Source: Octopus vulgaris
Taxonomy: Eukaryota
Length of the DNA: 64,000 bases
Reading direction: 5' to 3'
Assembly: GCA_951406725.2 (NCBI GenBank)
Contig: OX597814.1
Location: forward strand, 144,956,001-145,020,000
Translations under genes and position numbers: made by a program
The notes under the pieces: model-generated
Told to the model about the DNA's origin: nothing
Seen by the model: only the letters and a program-made list of their open reading frames with translations
Databases searched by the model: none
Part shown: in pieces, positions 1-12,215 of the stretch
Numbering within the stretch: position 1 is the stretch's first letter
How the letters are laid out: each line of letters starts with the position of its first letter

Positions 1-1400
1 AAAAGAATGGACGAAAAAGTAAATGAAGAAAGAGAAACTTTGCGGACTTGGCAAAGTGCCAGGAAAATATATTGATATTGGTAAATTTGAAAATTATAAA
101 AATTTATTAATTCTGGATGGATTTGACGTTAAATTGTCCCCTCCCCCCACAAGAGACGCTTAATAATATGAAAAAAGAACAATGTTGTACAGAACATTTT
201 CAATAATTAAAGGAAAAATTGATGTCATGACCACGGGTCAATTAGAAAAAGCGTTAAGACCAATATGGCATGAAATTGTGTACTAAGTTCGGAGTAGTGG
301 AGGTGAGATTCAAGGACGCGGCAACGGCAAAAAAGCACGCAGCAACTACCATTAAGAGGGAGGAAGTGGTGCTTTTGCTCACTTACCGTGGACAACGTGC
401 GACCAGAGTTAGGGTGGTGGGAAATCCGCCAGAGATAGATATGGCCTGGATAGCAGCCGCTGTCTTTCTGGGAAATGAGGGCAACATAGCGATTCTCCAC
501 GTCACAAAATGCAAAGTGTTATATGGAAGGGACAGATACTGGACATGATTATTCAAGGTTAAACCGAAACCCTAGAAAACATTACAGAAACAATAATTAC
601 GGACGAGGTCAGGATAGAGGGCAGAATCCCTCGATGCTTTAAATGTGGCCTGAAGGGCCACATCAGAGCGGACTGCCCTTCACAGACCAAAAAGACGGAG
701 GAGATACAAGAGGAAGAGCCCCAGAAAGAGCAAGAAAATAGAGAGGAAAAATATCAACAGAAGTAGAAATGAAACAGACAACGAATGGGAAATAGGAAAA
801 AAGGAACAAGAGGAAAAGAAAAAAATCAAGCCCCATAACCACCCAGCACCCACCCACAACCTCTTCAACCCACCCTTCCTCTACGGACACCAAACCTGCC
901 CATCTCCCTCTGACACAGAAAAATGTACAAACAGACAAGAACTCCCAAACTACCCCGCCAGACAAAAAGAGAAAGAAACAAAATGCCAAATGAAAAACTG
1001 TGTAAAGAAGTGTTATCTTGGGTAGACTTTAAAACAGTTGGAACAACGAGTTTTGACAGCATAAACGGATGGCACTGTTACGCGTTGTGCTCGGCTGAAC
1101 AGAAAGAAAAAAATAACAAGATTTAAAAGCGGAGGTGAAATTGGATTGGTACGTATTACCAGAGTATATGACATATGAGGAAGTGGTGGAAGAATTTGGA
1201 ATAGATATTCTTTCAGGAACGAAGTTTAAAAGGTATAAATGAAGCTGCTCTGAAGTGAGGCAGAGTGGCTTCATTCCAGTTTTCTTTTCACTTTTCATGT
1301 CATTTTTTTCATACGTTGGTTCTAATTTCTTTTTCTCTGTATGTCCTCATATGTTGTGTATTGTCCCCTCTATGTTCGTCCCGTAGTGGGTAATAAAAAG
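1..1400 (+). mobile_element. ORF1-only (HAL1-like) non-LTR retroelement, Tx1/L1-type gag-like ORF1 with CCHC zinc knuckle; frameshifted, 5' end outside window
   Basis: 635-676 encodes CFKCGLKGHIRADC (Cx2Cx4Hx4C). A K/E- and P/T-rich linker follows, then ...EEFGIDILSGTKFKRYK with stop at 1240-1242, a 160-bp T-rich 3'UTR and AATAAA at 1392. No ORF2 sequence lies between stop and tail. Confidence 0.75.
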
Positions 1401-1404
1401 ATTT

Positions 1405-1575
1405 GAATCGTTAGCATGCTGGGCAAAATGTTTAGCGGCATTTCGTCCATCTTTACATTCTGATTTCAAATTCCGCTGTGGTCGACTTTGACTTTCATCG
1501 TTTTCGGGCCGATTAAATAAGTACCATTTGGACACTGAGATAGATGTAATAGATTTATTCCCACCCCAATGACTA
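1405..1575 (+). mobile_element. tRNA-derived SINE family A, 5'-clipped
   Basis: gaatcgttagcatgctgggc...ttcaaattccgc...gtcgactttg...aagtacca matches intact copies at 7218 and 51363 but lacks the first ~15 nt. Confidence 0.85.
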
Positions 1576-1804
1576 CAAACAAAAAAGGTATGTATATACA
1601 CATACCATTTCACACTGTATATTTATATCATACCTATATATTATACTTAATTACTATTCGTATTTTAAGATTTACTTCAGTCATAGACAAATTTCAGTGT
1701 GATACAGGACTATATTTTATTTACAGTATTGTAGTCACTCAAACTGCCGACAGTGTGCTTGTAGTTGAGTAATTACGTATCACATTATCCTCGTAATACA
1801 AGTA

Positions 1805-2011
1805 CAATAATCCCTCGCCATATCGCGGTTCACCTATCGCGCACTCAGTACATCGCGATTTTTTCTGGCTAATATATGTAAATTTATATTGCGGACTCCT
1901 CATTATATCGCGAGCTTCTGCTACCGATAGGAATTTTTAATTTTTTTCGATTTGAATTATTTCTGTGGAAGGTTTTGGAACGTAACACCCACGATAGTAA
2001 GGAGGTTACTG
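1805..2011. mobile_element. pogo/Tigger-like MITE
   Basis: TA|caataatccctcgccatatcgcgg ... cgatagtaaggaggttactg|TA: imperfect TIRs with TA flanks. Both ends recur in inverted orientation at 63414-63634. Confidence 0.7.
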
Positions 2012-3107
2012 TAGAGGTAAACATCACAAGTTTATCCAACAGAACAAGTGTAAAATTTCAAATCTATTCATAGTAAGTATAACTAGTCCTCTTTGGTGTC
2101 ATCTCTAACACTGTCGACTGGCATAGGACAAATACATGGTTCAACTCCTGTAGGCGCTTTTACTGTTCCTCTTTTACCTTTCTTCTATGATTTTGGAGTC
2201 TCCGGATAAAGTAGAACGCTGAGGTGTGTTCAAATTTGTCTACTTCCCTATAACTTAACGGTTCGGCAAAAAGGAGGGAATAAATACGTACCTGACTTAA
2301 AAAGCAAGTACTGTAATCAATAGTCACCTAAACCTTTCAAGGCAGCCCTTGAAAGATCGCAATCTAATGACTGAAACAAGTTAAAGTGTAAAAATATTTT
2401 CTTTTATTTTTAGCGATTTTCTTTATTGAACTGTATCATTCTAAGTCTTCAACATAAAAGTGTCATTTGATGTATAAGTTTGCTCTTTCATATCAATGAT
2501 TTCAAATCTATTCATAGTAGGTATAACTAGTCCTTTGATCAAACTTATTTATCATGTTATTCTCAGCGACATTTTAATTCACACTTAACTAAATCCTGCA
2601 GAAAAGCAGAAGTAAATATGTCGAGTAATTTATCATATTCTTTGATAGCATCAATCCCATTTGAGTCTTCCTCGAAGCCTACTTTAAAAATGTGTTAGAA
2701 CTATTTTTACTATAACTGTTACAGAATTATAATTCTTAGATTATTGGATCTTGTTGTTTAGAGTGGAGAAGATATCAAAGTGTTATCGAATTTTTGCTAT
2801 TATTAAACCGAATTTATGTTCAGCTTTAATCTCATTCAATAGAATGAGGAAATGGAAAAGTGAAACAATGTTTTTATCGATCCTCGTTGTTTTGGCTAGA
2901 ACTGGCAAAAATATCTTGAGAGGAAGTCAAGAAAGTTAGAAGCATTGTATATATTATGATTAATTAGATTGTTGTTGGCTTTAAACCCAGCACGTGTATG
3001 TTTTTATGTTTTGTTTTTGTAAATTTGTTCCATCGCGTTGTTCAGTCTAGAAATAAAACATATTCATTATATGGCTGAAGGGAAACTATTTCCATTATAA
3101 TAATAAT

Positions 3108-3311
3108 CTTTTCTACTAAAGGCGTAAAGCCTGAAATTTTTGGAGGGGGGAAAGTCGATTACATCGACCCCAGTACCATACTAGTACTTATTTATCGACC
3201 CCGAAAGAATGAAAGGCAACGTTGACCTCGGTGGCATTTGAACCCAGAACATAAAGACGGGCGGAGTCTCGCTAAGCATTTTGCCCGGCGTGTTAACGCT
3301 CGCTGCCTTAA

Positions 3312-3342
<31 letters not shown>

Positions 3343-3672
3343 AATCCTTTCTACTAAATGCACAAAGCCTAAAATCTGGCAGTAGGGGAATAGTCGATTG
3401 TATTGACCCCAGTGTTTCCCTGGTCCTTAATTTATCGGCCCCGAAAGGATGAAAAGCAAAGTCAACCCCGACGGAATTTGTACTCAGAACGTAGCGACGG
3501 GTGAAATGCCACTAAGCATTTCAAAAATAATAATGGTAATAATTTCAAATGTTTGCCACAAGGGCAGCTTGGGTGGGGGGATTAAATCGATTACATCGAC
3601 CCCAGTGCGCAACTGGTATTTATTTAATGGACCCCGAAAGGATGAAAGGTAAAGTCGACCTCGGTGGAATTT
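3108..3672 (-). mobile_element. Cluster of three SINE family A copies separated by (AAT)n
   Basis: Repeated gtcgattacatcgaccccagt...gaaaggatgaaaggcaaagtcgacctcgg at about 3108-3310, 3346-3522 and 3542-3672. Confidence 0.85.
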
Positions 3673-4405
3673 AAAGAAGCTGACGAAATGCAAGAAGAAG
3701 ACCTCCAGGAGAAGCCACAAGAGAAGCCCCAGGATGGGCAAGAAGAGGAAAAAATGGTACCAGTAGAAACAAAAAAAGAAAGAGGAAGAATGGGAAAATA
3801 CCGGAAAAAGAAAAAGGAAGAGGAAAAAGATAAGTCCAACGCATACAGAATAATTCAAACTACAACTATCCAAGGCCCAACCATACCCTCTTTGTCCTAC
3901 TCTCGCCCTGCAGACACTAAGCCTTCCCACTCCCCTCCATCACGAAACAAAACAAAAGAACACTTTCACACAATTAGTCACAAATCCCCCCCCCATTGGC
4001 TGTTTTGCGTGTGTAATATATGATGATGAACTGTTTGAAAGGGTAATTGAATGGGAGAACACAGTTCATGTTGATGTAGAGTACGAAGAGCGTAATGGAG
4101 TAGTAGGTACGGTTCTGTTAATAACGGAACAGCAAATGATGGAAATGAAGAGACACAAAAGGGAACGTGAACTGTGGAAGACTTTAACACAGAAAAGCTA
4201 CCACAGTTTATAGAATATAAAGAACTTTAAAAAGGTATGGAGTAGACATAGTGGAAAACAGAGAAAAGGAAGCAAGTAATGTTACTTGATGGGGCAAGTA
4301 ACACCATTTTCATTTCACATTTTTTTCATCTTTCATTATATAATACGTTTTATGTCCCCATGTGATATATGTCCCTCTTTGTTGGCCCGTTATGGGTAAA
4401 AAAAT
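3673..4405 (+). mobile_element. Second, 5'-truncated ORF1-only retroelement related to 1-1400
   Basis: Same K/E-rich then P/T-rich organisation. LFERVIEW and LPQFIEYKEL..YGVDIV align with LCKEVLSW and LPEYMTYEEV..FGIDIL of the first copy. Same 3' tail tgtccc..tgttggcccgttatgggtaaaaa. Confidence 0.65.
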
Positions 4406-4409
4406 ATCA

Positions 4410-4527
4410 AAAATCCCTAAAAGTTTCATCCAGATCCATCCAGCGGTTCTTGGGATATCTTGTCCATGGACAAACAAACAAATACGACTGAAAACAATAC
4501 CCCCGCGTTCGCTAAGGCGGAGGTAAT
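4410..4527 (+). mobile_element. End of a Helentron-associated non-autonomous element (HINE/DINE-1-like)
   Basis: aagtttcatccagatccatccagcggttc...caaacaaacaaa...gaaaacaatacccccgcg..ggcggaggtaa, with a terminal hairpin and short microsatellite typical of these elements. Confidence 0.5.
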
Positions 4528-6495
4528 AATAATAATAATAATAATGGTGATGATGATGAAATTTTTCAGTTTCAGTGAATAAGTATGTATAAATTTGATC
4601 AATAAATAGTGAGAGAAGGGGTCTTGCTTTATTCTAAACTTGGTTTATTTCTATACATGAACCTTGCCACATTTGCTCATGTAGACAGACATCATAGTTA
4701 GAGCATGTGAGGGGAGGAATTCTTCAATACTGTTATAGTAAGGCATTTTGTTGGTACATAAATATAGCAAGTGTCATGCAGTAACAAGTAAGCTTCTGGC
4801 AACTTACATCTGCTGCATAATGTCGATTTCCGTTAGAAACAGATTCCATCAACTTGTGACAAGTCTTAAATGACACATAGATGAATTATTTTCTGCTACA
4901 GTTGCTATGTTTGTTGTCGTTTCTTATTGTTGCCTACTTCTAACTTCTGCTAATTCTGATCGAGATTCAACGTCGGTTTTGAGTTCATCGAGGAAATATA
5001 TTTTCCAGTGTGTCCGAACAGTTTTTTACAACGATAGTCTTATTTGAGGGAAATCTGGTTGCTATTTCACCAAGTTAAACTATTACCTAGAAGCTCTTCT
5101 GTTGGTTGGATGGTTGACTGCTACTACTGTTTTGCAGCCTTCTGGCTTAAATAAATTACTACAATGCAGAAAATTGTGTGGCTTTAACTTATAATCTATA
5201 TCTGAATATTTATTTGATTGGATGCAGGACGTAGTTAGGACACAGAAGTGTCTGTGAGTTGAAATATTTGTTAAATTTATAGCAAATGCACAAAAGCAGC
5301 TTATCAGATATGTTAGTAGCCATGTCAAAGGAATTATAGAATAAAACATTGTTTTATACAATGCAAGAGAAAGAAAAAAGGATAAAAAGAAAAACCGAAA
5401 ACAATATCTCTTAATCTGCCAAAACATGGTTTTTGGCAAGTTGAGAAGTAGTAATGGCCTCCATTACTACCTTAGTATTTTCCAGCATAAAACTTTGGCT
5501 TTATCCATACTTGTTACAACCATTTTTTCCCTCTGCTCATTCAAACTTGAAAATTCGCCAGTCATAAGGAAATGCTATTTGCAAGAATCTCCCTGCATAT
5601 TTGATAATTTTCACCTTGTCTCAGGACCAGAAATTATAAATTTTTTTTCTTCTTTTTACCAAAGTGTGATCCGACTGATTTTTCTGCATGATTTCCAACC
5701 TCTATTTTAAATGTTTGTGTTATTCATTGAAGTTCAGTGAGGCAGCATTAAAAAAAAAATTAATTCTACCTTGTAGAACTCAAATTCTATTCTTTCGATA
5801 AGGTTGTTGAGCAAGTCAACAGTGCTTTTAATTGACTCCTGGGATGCGTTTGACGACGATAGGAAGTATGGTGCTGGCACATGTTTTAGTCTGAGCAGTA
5901 TTCCTTTAAAATAATGATCTTATAAGAAACCATATCATATAGATTCAACATCTGTAAAATTATATTTCTCTTCTGCTCAATTTTTCTCCATACTAAAATT
6001 CTAACTTTCTGAATTCTGCCAAAAATGTCGCGTATATTCTTCAACCTCTATTTTACTTTGGAGGACAATAAATAAATTTTGCGATTCAGACTCTTCCCGA
6101 TAACTTTTTCTTAACATTCATTAGTTCGGCGTTTTGTATATGGAATGCGAAGCATTTCATAACAGTGGTCATGATATTTTTCTCATTCTCAGCTCCCAAC
6201 ATGCATGATTAGCACCGATCTAGTGCAGTTAAAATTACTATTACTCTTAAACAGTGAATTTTTGTTATTAAAATCGCTTTTTTTACCAAACAGCTTAATT
6301 TTAGTAAAGTCGTTGTAGCTGCAACACTAACATTTTACTTAATTCGTTGAGCTTATATCTTCTGTTCTTGTTCTTTGTTTTTCACAACCATTTAACTTTT
6401 CTGAACATATCCCACGTTGTATCAATTTGACTGGGTATTTTTTCATCAGTATTAATCATTTATAATTTTGGAATCTCGATATTTATTCCTAATTA

Positions 6496-6700
6496 AGACA
6501 GCAGAATCGTTACTGCACTGTGCAAAATGCTTTGGTGCATTTTGTCCGCCTTTACATTAGGAGTTCAAATTCCGCCGTGATCGACTTTGCCTTTCATCTT
6601 TTCAAGGTCGATAAAATAAGTACCGGTTGAGTATTGGAGTCGATGTAATCTGCTTTCCCTCTTTTCCACAACTGCTGGCCTTGTGCCACAATTTGAAACG
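6496..6700 (+). mobile_element. SINE family A
   Basis: gcagaatcgtta...gagttcaaattccgcc (B box)...aagtaccggttg...gctggccttgtgcc tail. Confidence 0.85.
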
Positions 6701-7217
6701 AATACTTACTCCTAATCCATAGTTTATCAAATTAGATCTTAGCTCATTGGTTTTTATTATTATCCTATTACATACTTATCCTAATAAATATCATCGGCAA
6801 AAACGAATTTACTGCTGACTTCTCAATTTTCTATAGCAGTTCCTTCTAAAGACTCAAAGATTTCTGTTTTTATGCATTATAGAAATACATTTAAATGTCT
6901 TAGTGAAAGACTATAAATTGGACACCAGCAGTCGTTCTAAACAATATGCTTGCGGTATTTCTAATTAAACCTAAACTGGTCATATGTCTTGGTAACAAAT
7001 ACTATTGGTAGGTTGGCGCTATATTTTCTTATAGGAAAGCCATTGTACCCCATGCTACACTTAGTCATAAAGTTCTTAGTTTTAAGTTAATGGAATTGTA
7101 GTAATGGTCTGACTAGTGCTTTATGTATTTTTCTACTAGAATAGAAATGTAACAAATCTTAAAGATTTTTTTCCTCAACAGTATGTTATTTTTATATTTA
7201 ATATTTCCATTTGGCAT

Positions 7218-7510
7218 AGGGCGGTGAGCTGGCAGAAACGGTAGCACGCCGGGCGAAATGCGTAGCCGTATTTCGTCTGCCGCTAGGTTCTTAGTTCAAA
7301 TTCCGCCGAGGTCGACTCTGGTTTTCATCCTTTCGGGGTTGATAAATTAAGTACTAGTTGTGTACTGGGATCGATCTAATTGACTGGCCCCCTCCCAAAA
7401 TTTTCGGGCCTTGTGCCTAGAGTAGAAAAGAGGTCGACTTTACCTTTCATCCTTTCGGGGTCGATTAAATAAGTACCAGTTATGCAGCGATGTCGTTGTA
7501 ATCGACTTAA
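7218..7510 (+). mobile_element. SINE family A, full length, followed by a partial tandem copy
   Basis: ggcggtgagctggcagaaacggtagc head, gttcaaattcc B box, tail ...gggccttgtgcctagagtagaaaag, then gaggtcgacttt... repeated. Confidence 0.9.
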
Positions 7511-7729
7511 TCACTTTGTTTTTTTACATTTTATGTTTATCTCCATTCGACAATGTTCAGCATCAGCAATGTCTTGCTTTGATGGTTGATTAAATTTTTT
7601 GGTGTTTCTCTTTTCACAAGTGGTATAATAATTAATTCTGCCCATTTGCCGGGCCACCATCTGTAGGCAAAATACTATTATAAACTTTACAAAGAATCTT
7701 ACTGGTAGTTTCACCTTTCTTTTTAACTG

Positions 7730-7990
7730 TTCTGCCTAGTGTTTAATATGTTGCACTCATGATCGCAAGATAATGGCTTCGATTCGCTGACCGGGCAGAG
7801 CTTTGTGTTCCTGAGCAGAACACTTCATTTCACATTGCTCGCGTTCACTCAGCTACATATGAGTTCCAGTAATAGTTGGGAAGTTAATCCTGCGACGCAC
7901 CGGCGTCGAGTTCAGTGAGGGAGTGTTGTAAACTCAGTCACTCATGCGCCATGGCTCCTGGGTTAATCTCCGGCCTATTGGTTCCTAGTA
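7730..7990 (+). mobile_element. CORE-type tRNA SINE, degenerate
   Basis: gcctagtgtttaa A box, ttcgattc B box, tgtgttcctgagcagaacacttcatttcac CORE-like segment. Confidence 0.65.
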
Positions 7991-8087
7991 TTTATGACAA
8001 ATCTGTATCAAAATCATTTATATTATCTGTTTCAAGTTAGTAATTAAATTTTAGTTTACTAATTGCTGATGTAACTTCTGATGTAAC

Positions 8088-8216
8088 TTCTGGCTCTTGT
8101 ATATTAAAAGGAGTTTCTTTTCTTAATTGCTTTAGTATATTACTATCTACATATTTCTGGCTCTTGTATATTAAAAGGAGTTTCTTTTCTTAATTGCTGT
8201 AGTACATTACTATCTG
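8088..8216. repeat. Tandem duplication of ~65 bp inside the RTE
   Basis: tctggctcttgtatattaaaaggagtttcttttcttaattgct..agta.attactatct occurs twice. Confidence 0.85.
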
Positions 8217-8959
8217 CCTCTGGTTTATAGCTGTCAAATTTCTCTCAGTATTCTATCTGTCTATCCGATCTATCATTTTCTGCATTTGCTTTCGTTAGTA
8301 GACTTGCATATGTATCCTCAACAACTTGGCTTTTAGGTACCCTTCTTTTTGGTAGATCTTTTGCTGATTGGTATGTTTCCCACCAGTAACTTACTCTGTA
8401 TCGTTCTATTTCTTCACCGCTTTCATATCTTTACTGCCTTTTTTTTTACATTCCTATAGGCTAATCTATATTCCATTTCTACCGTTTCGTTTTCATATAG
8501 TTTCTCTTTCAGATCTCTTCTTTCATCACAATTGATTAAAATATCATTATTTATCAAAGGTTTCTCAGCTTTCTTCCTTTTACATAGAATTCTTGTTAGC
8601 TGTTGTTATTATTTCTTCAATGGATCCTCTTAATTCCAGCACATTTACATCTCATAATAATAAAGGCGCGAATTTCCTTCTATCTATGCTTTTAATACTG
8701 GCTCTTGAATATTCAAAGATTATATTCTTTTCGTACATTTTGGTTCTTTTCGCTGATTTTAGTGTAATTTTTATTTTTATTATCAAAATTTCGTGATGGA
8801 TACCTATATCAGTTCATGAAAAAAATTCGAGGTTTGGCTCAACTTATAGCAGAGGGATGAAAATAAAATATATCTGGTTAATATATATCTTTCCGAGTGA
8901 AGGTCATATTGCTCATGAAGGCTTCTCTTGATGTGTTGTATTTTCTATAATTAGTTTGT

Positions 8960-9160
8960 GTCGTTTGGCAGAATCGTTAGAATGTCGGACAAAATGTATA
9001 ACAGCATTTCTTCGAATTCGTTACAGTCTCAGTTTAAATGGCAACTTTGACTTTCAATTCTCCGGTATCGATAAAATAAGGTGCCAGTCCAGTACTGAGG
9101 TTGATGTAAACAACTATGCCCTCCCCTCAAAAATAGTCGCCTTGTGCCAAAATTTGAGAC
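8960..9160 (+). mobile_element. SINE family A, degenerate
   Basis: tggcagaatcgttag...tcgataaaataag...gccttgtgccaaaatttgag. Confidence 0.75.
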
Positions 9161-9944
9161 AATTTATAATAATTTAATATTTCTCCTGTTAGTTGTTACA
9201 AAGCTTCATTTAACAACTGTTTCTTATCACTGATCCAATTTTTTCCCATTGTGTTTACCTTGAAATATAAGGATGTTTATTATTATTTTTTTTTTGCTGT
9301 CCAATAATCCTTTCACATTTTGCTCGTCTTGTTTCAGTATATACAATAGTCATGGTTTCACTTTTATTTCAATGAGTTTTCCCCTCGGACCCCTTTTGAT
9401 ATGCTTATGTATGTATGTATGTATGTATGTATGTATGTATGTATGTATGTATGTATGTATATATTTCTGAGCTCAATTACCCTCATCTGCAACACGACAA
9501 TTCGTCTTTGGTCAGCTCAAAAACTATACCTCTTAAGAATCACATATTACTACCACAAGCTACGGACATCAATTCTTCTCTACAGAGACAAACTTTTGTT
9601 ACTTCTACACCTCTAACTTTCATACTGCCCTCTGACTCGGTGCGTTGTTGCTTGCAAAAACTTATACGTTGTTGACGTGATGGCATCTCTCTCTCTCTCT
9701 CTGTAACATGCTCAGACGTTTCTTGCTATACTAAAAAATAGCTTCATGGAGAGTTTACGTTATTGTCTTGTGTTTCGACATGTTTCAGGTCGGAATAGTG
9801 TTTTGCGATCTACTTGGCGTTCCGGGTGAACATTTGTATCTTTTTTTAGAAGATCTAAGTTTTCTCTGTGACAAAATATTACAGCCTGATGCCGTTCTAC
9901 GTTTGCATACACGTTATAAATGTATATGAACTGGCATTCATCGG

Positions 9945-10235
9945 TTACCACGATGTGGGTTCCAGTTGATCCGATCAACAGAACAGCCTGCTCGTGAAAT
10001 TAACTTGCGAGTGGCTGAGTGCTTCACTGATACACGTACCTATAACGTAGTTCAGTGTGATCCAGAATGTGACTAGGCTGGCCATATGCAATACTGGTAC
10101 AACTCACTTTTCTCAGCTGAGTGAACTGGAACAATGTGAAATAAAGTGTCTTGCTCAAGGACACACCGTATCGCCAGATATCGAAACCACGATATTACGA
10201 CTGAGCCAAATTTCCTAACCACGAAACCATGCGCT
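9945..10235 (-). mobile_element. CORE-type tRNA SINE
   Basis: Reverse strand reads gcatggtttcgtggttagg...ggtttcgatatctggc...gtgtccttgagcaagacactttatttcacattg. Confidence 0.75.
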
Positions 10236-10271
10236 ATTTCAGTCTAAGGCTGTTTCAAGTGCGTTTTTCTT

Positions 10272-10850
10272 TTACTATTTTCAGCTCGAGAGCTGCGTCC
10301 ATGCCAGGGGACCGCCCTTTGATTTGCTACACTCGCACTACTTTATACCATTTCTGGTATGTGGTATTTGTTGAATGAGGGAGTTTGATGTTGCTGCCCT
10401 CATTTGAGGTAGGATCATCTGGACCTCTTGAGATGAGGAGATCCAGTTTTGTTTTGAAGACACATCCAATCAGATTTTTTTTGGAGGATATTGAATTTTA
10501 GCCCCGTGAAACGTGCTTCAGCATCTGATTTTGTATCCTGATGACAATGTCGAGATTTTTAGCACTAAGCAATGACGCTCTCTTCTGCTGTTTGTGTAAC
10601 TTTGACTGATAAAAAAATTGGTACAAGTCCTTCCAGGATTTTCTAGATGTATATCCCTGCATATGACCCCACTTCGTTCTTGGGAGTAGTCTTAACTTTA
10701 TCAGCCTCTACCAGAAACTGACACGTCGCATTGAGGCAATCTTCTTTGTGTAACTTTTCTCGATTACCTCGTGCTCCTTCGCGTAATTTAATGTTAGTAT
10801 TTAAAGGAGGTTTGATTGCTAATTCAGACAAGGTCAAACAATGACCTAGA
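10272..10850 (-). mobile_element. 3' end of a CR1/L2-group LINE
   Basis: Minus-strand remnants SYTKKIASMRRVSFW*RLIKLRL, IYI*KILEGLVP and FKTKLDLLISRGPDDP..RAATSNSL. The 3'UTR ends ggcggtcccctggcatggacgcagctctcgagctgaaaatagtaaaag. Confidence 0.75.
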
Positions 10851-11399
10851 AGGATTCGTGTTAATTCGATTAATCTTTGTGGAAAAGTTCAATATTTTGC
10901 ATAATGACATGCACACACATATGCACTGCACTAAATTATATCCCATTCATATGAGCACTGAGAAATATTTGGAGTTAGTGCTATATTGACCCCTATATGA
11001 TGCAATAATGTGTGCGCGCGTGTGCATAGAAGGAAACCATATTGGAAGCTACGTTTATTAATATTTAGTTATTAATCCGCCGGGAAAGACTTTGCCTTTC
11101 ATGATCGATAAAATAAGTACGAGATGGATACTGGGATCGATGTAATCGATTTACCCTCTCCCCGAAATTGCTGGCGTTGTACCAGTGCCAAACGTTGAAA
11201 CCGTTATTTTATTATTAATAGTGTAAATTTTCTAAAATTTAATATAAAAAAAGATTTGGAGTTACGAAAGATGAATATTTTATGAAGTAAGATATAACAT
11301 TTTGAACTTGTTTCATATTTTTTATCACACCCACCTACCCATCCCACTCCAACTTAAATAGTATTTTCGAGTTCTGTCAAACAACCTGATATACCAGGT

Positions 11400-12215
11400 A
11401 GATCACTTGTAAGTTGATGTTAATAAAATTTTTCAGAAACATGTTTGCATATTTAAACAAATTTTCAATATAATGTGTTTGTGTGGACACGAACAAATGG
11501 AGTTTGCTTGTAATCAAGAGTTTTAACTCAGCTTCTATATAAATTAAAATTTAGGGAATGGAGTAGATAAAATCCGGGCTACATATGTTTTCTATACTAG
11601 TAGAACCTCGGAAGCAGTTGTTATTCAACGAGGGGTACTCCACTAGCTCCTCATCAGGCCGAAGATACCTTAGTTGAATGGAGGTTACATTGTCGTCAAG
11701 GGATCCTAAGTTAGCTCGCAGGAGATTTGATCGAAAATGAATGGAAATCGCGGAGTGAGAGAACAAAAGAACAACATGTGGTTAGTAGCTAAAGGAGTGG
11801 GGTAGTTGTAAGTGGTTTTGGTTGAAGAGGAGTTTGAGAAAATGGGGAAAAATACTTGTGCGGATGAGGAGGCTGCGAAGGAGGTAGGATATGGTGGGTA
11901 ATGTGTAAAGATAATCAGGATAAGGACTAATTTTGTAGAAAGGGTGGTATTAGTAGAGGGGCTAAATTGCTAGGCCGACTTAGTTGTACTTTAAGGTTAA
12001 TCGTAATTATGGATAATTATAGTTAAGCGATTACATAGATTTAATGAAATGGGCAAACGATGTGTAGGACCTGTGTTAACTAGAGAGTACTACATCTGAG
12101 AATTTATTAAGTAATAAGGGTTTGTGGTTGTGGAAGATGGTTAGCAATTTCCTTAAACGCGATTTATAAATGCCAAGGTTAGTGCTGTAAGTGGGGAGCC
12201 AGAACTTGACTGACA
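11400..12215 (-). mobile_element. Possible Penelope-like element remnant
   Basis: Strong strand-skewed composition. Weak resemblance of WLPTYSTNLG and CSCPHKH to PLE linker and GIY-YIG C-terminal motifs. Confidence 0.3.

Larger units (their letters stand above)
5950..9405 (-). mobile_element. Decayed RTE-clade LINE (AP endonuclease plus reverse transcriptase), interrupted by four SINEs
   Basis: Minus-strand remnants appear in RTE order: NQIYFI and DIGIHHEILIIKIKITLK (APE end, ~8760-8885), EEIER..KDL..P..VED..LLT (~8290-8420), WP..WAELIIPLVK (~7610-7660), ILVEKYIKH (~7115-7145), FRTTAGV, FADDI (6787-6801), then C-terminal IPY...TNE (~6120-6150). Confidence 0.85.

Noticed and set aside
4560-5950. 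Possible LINE remnant (QSDHTLV on the minus strand near 5665)
   Set aside because: A single short motif with no collinear support.
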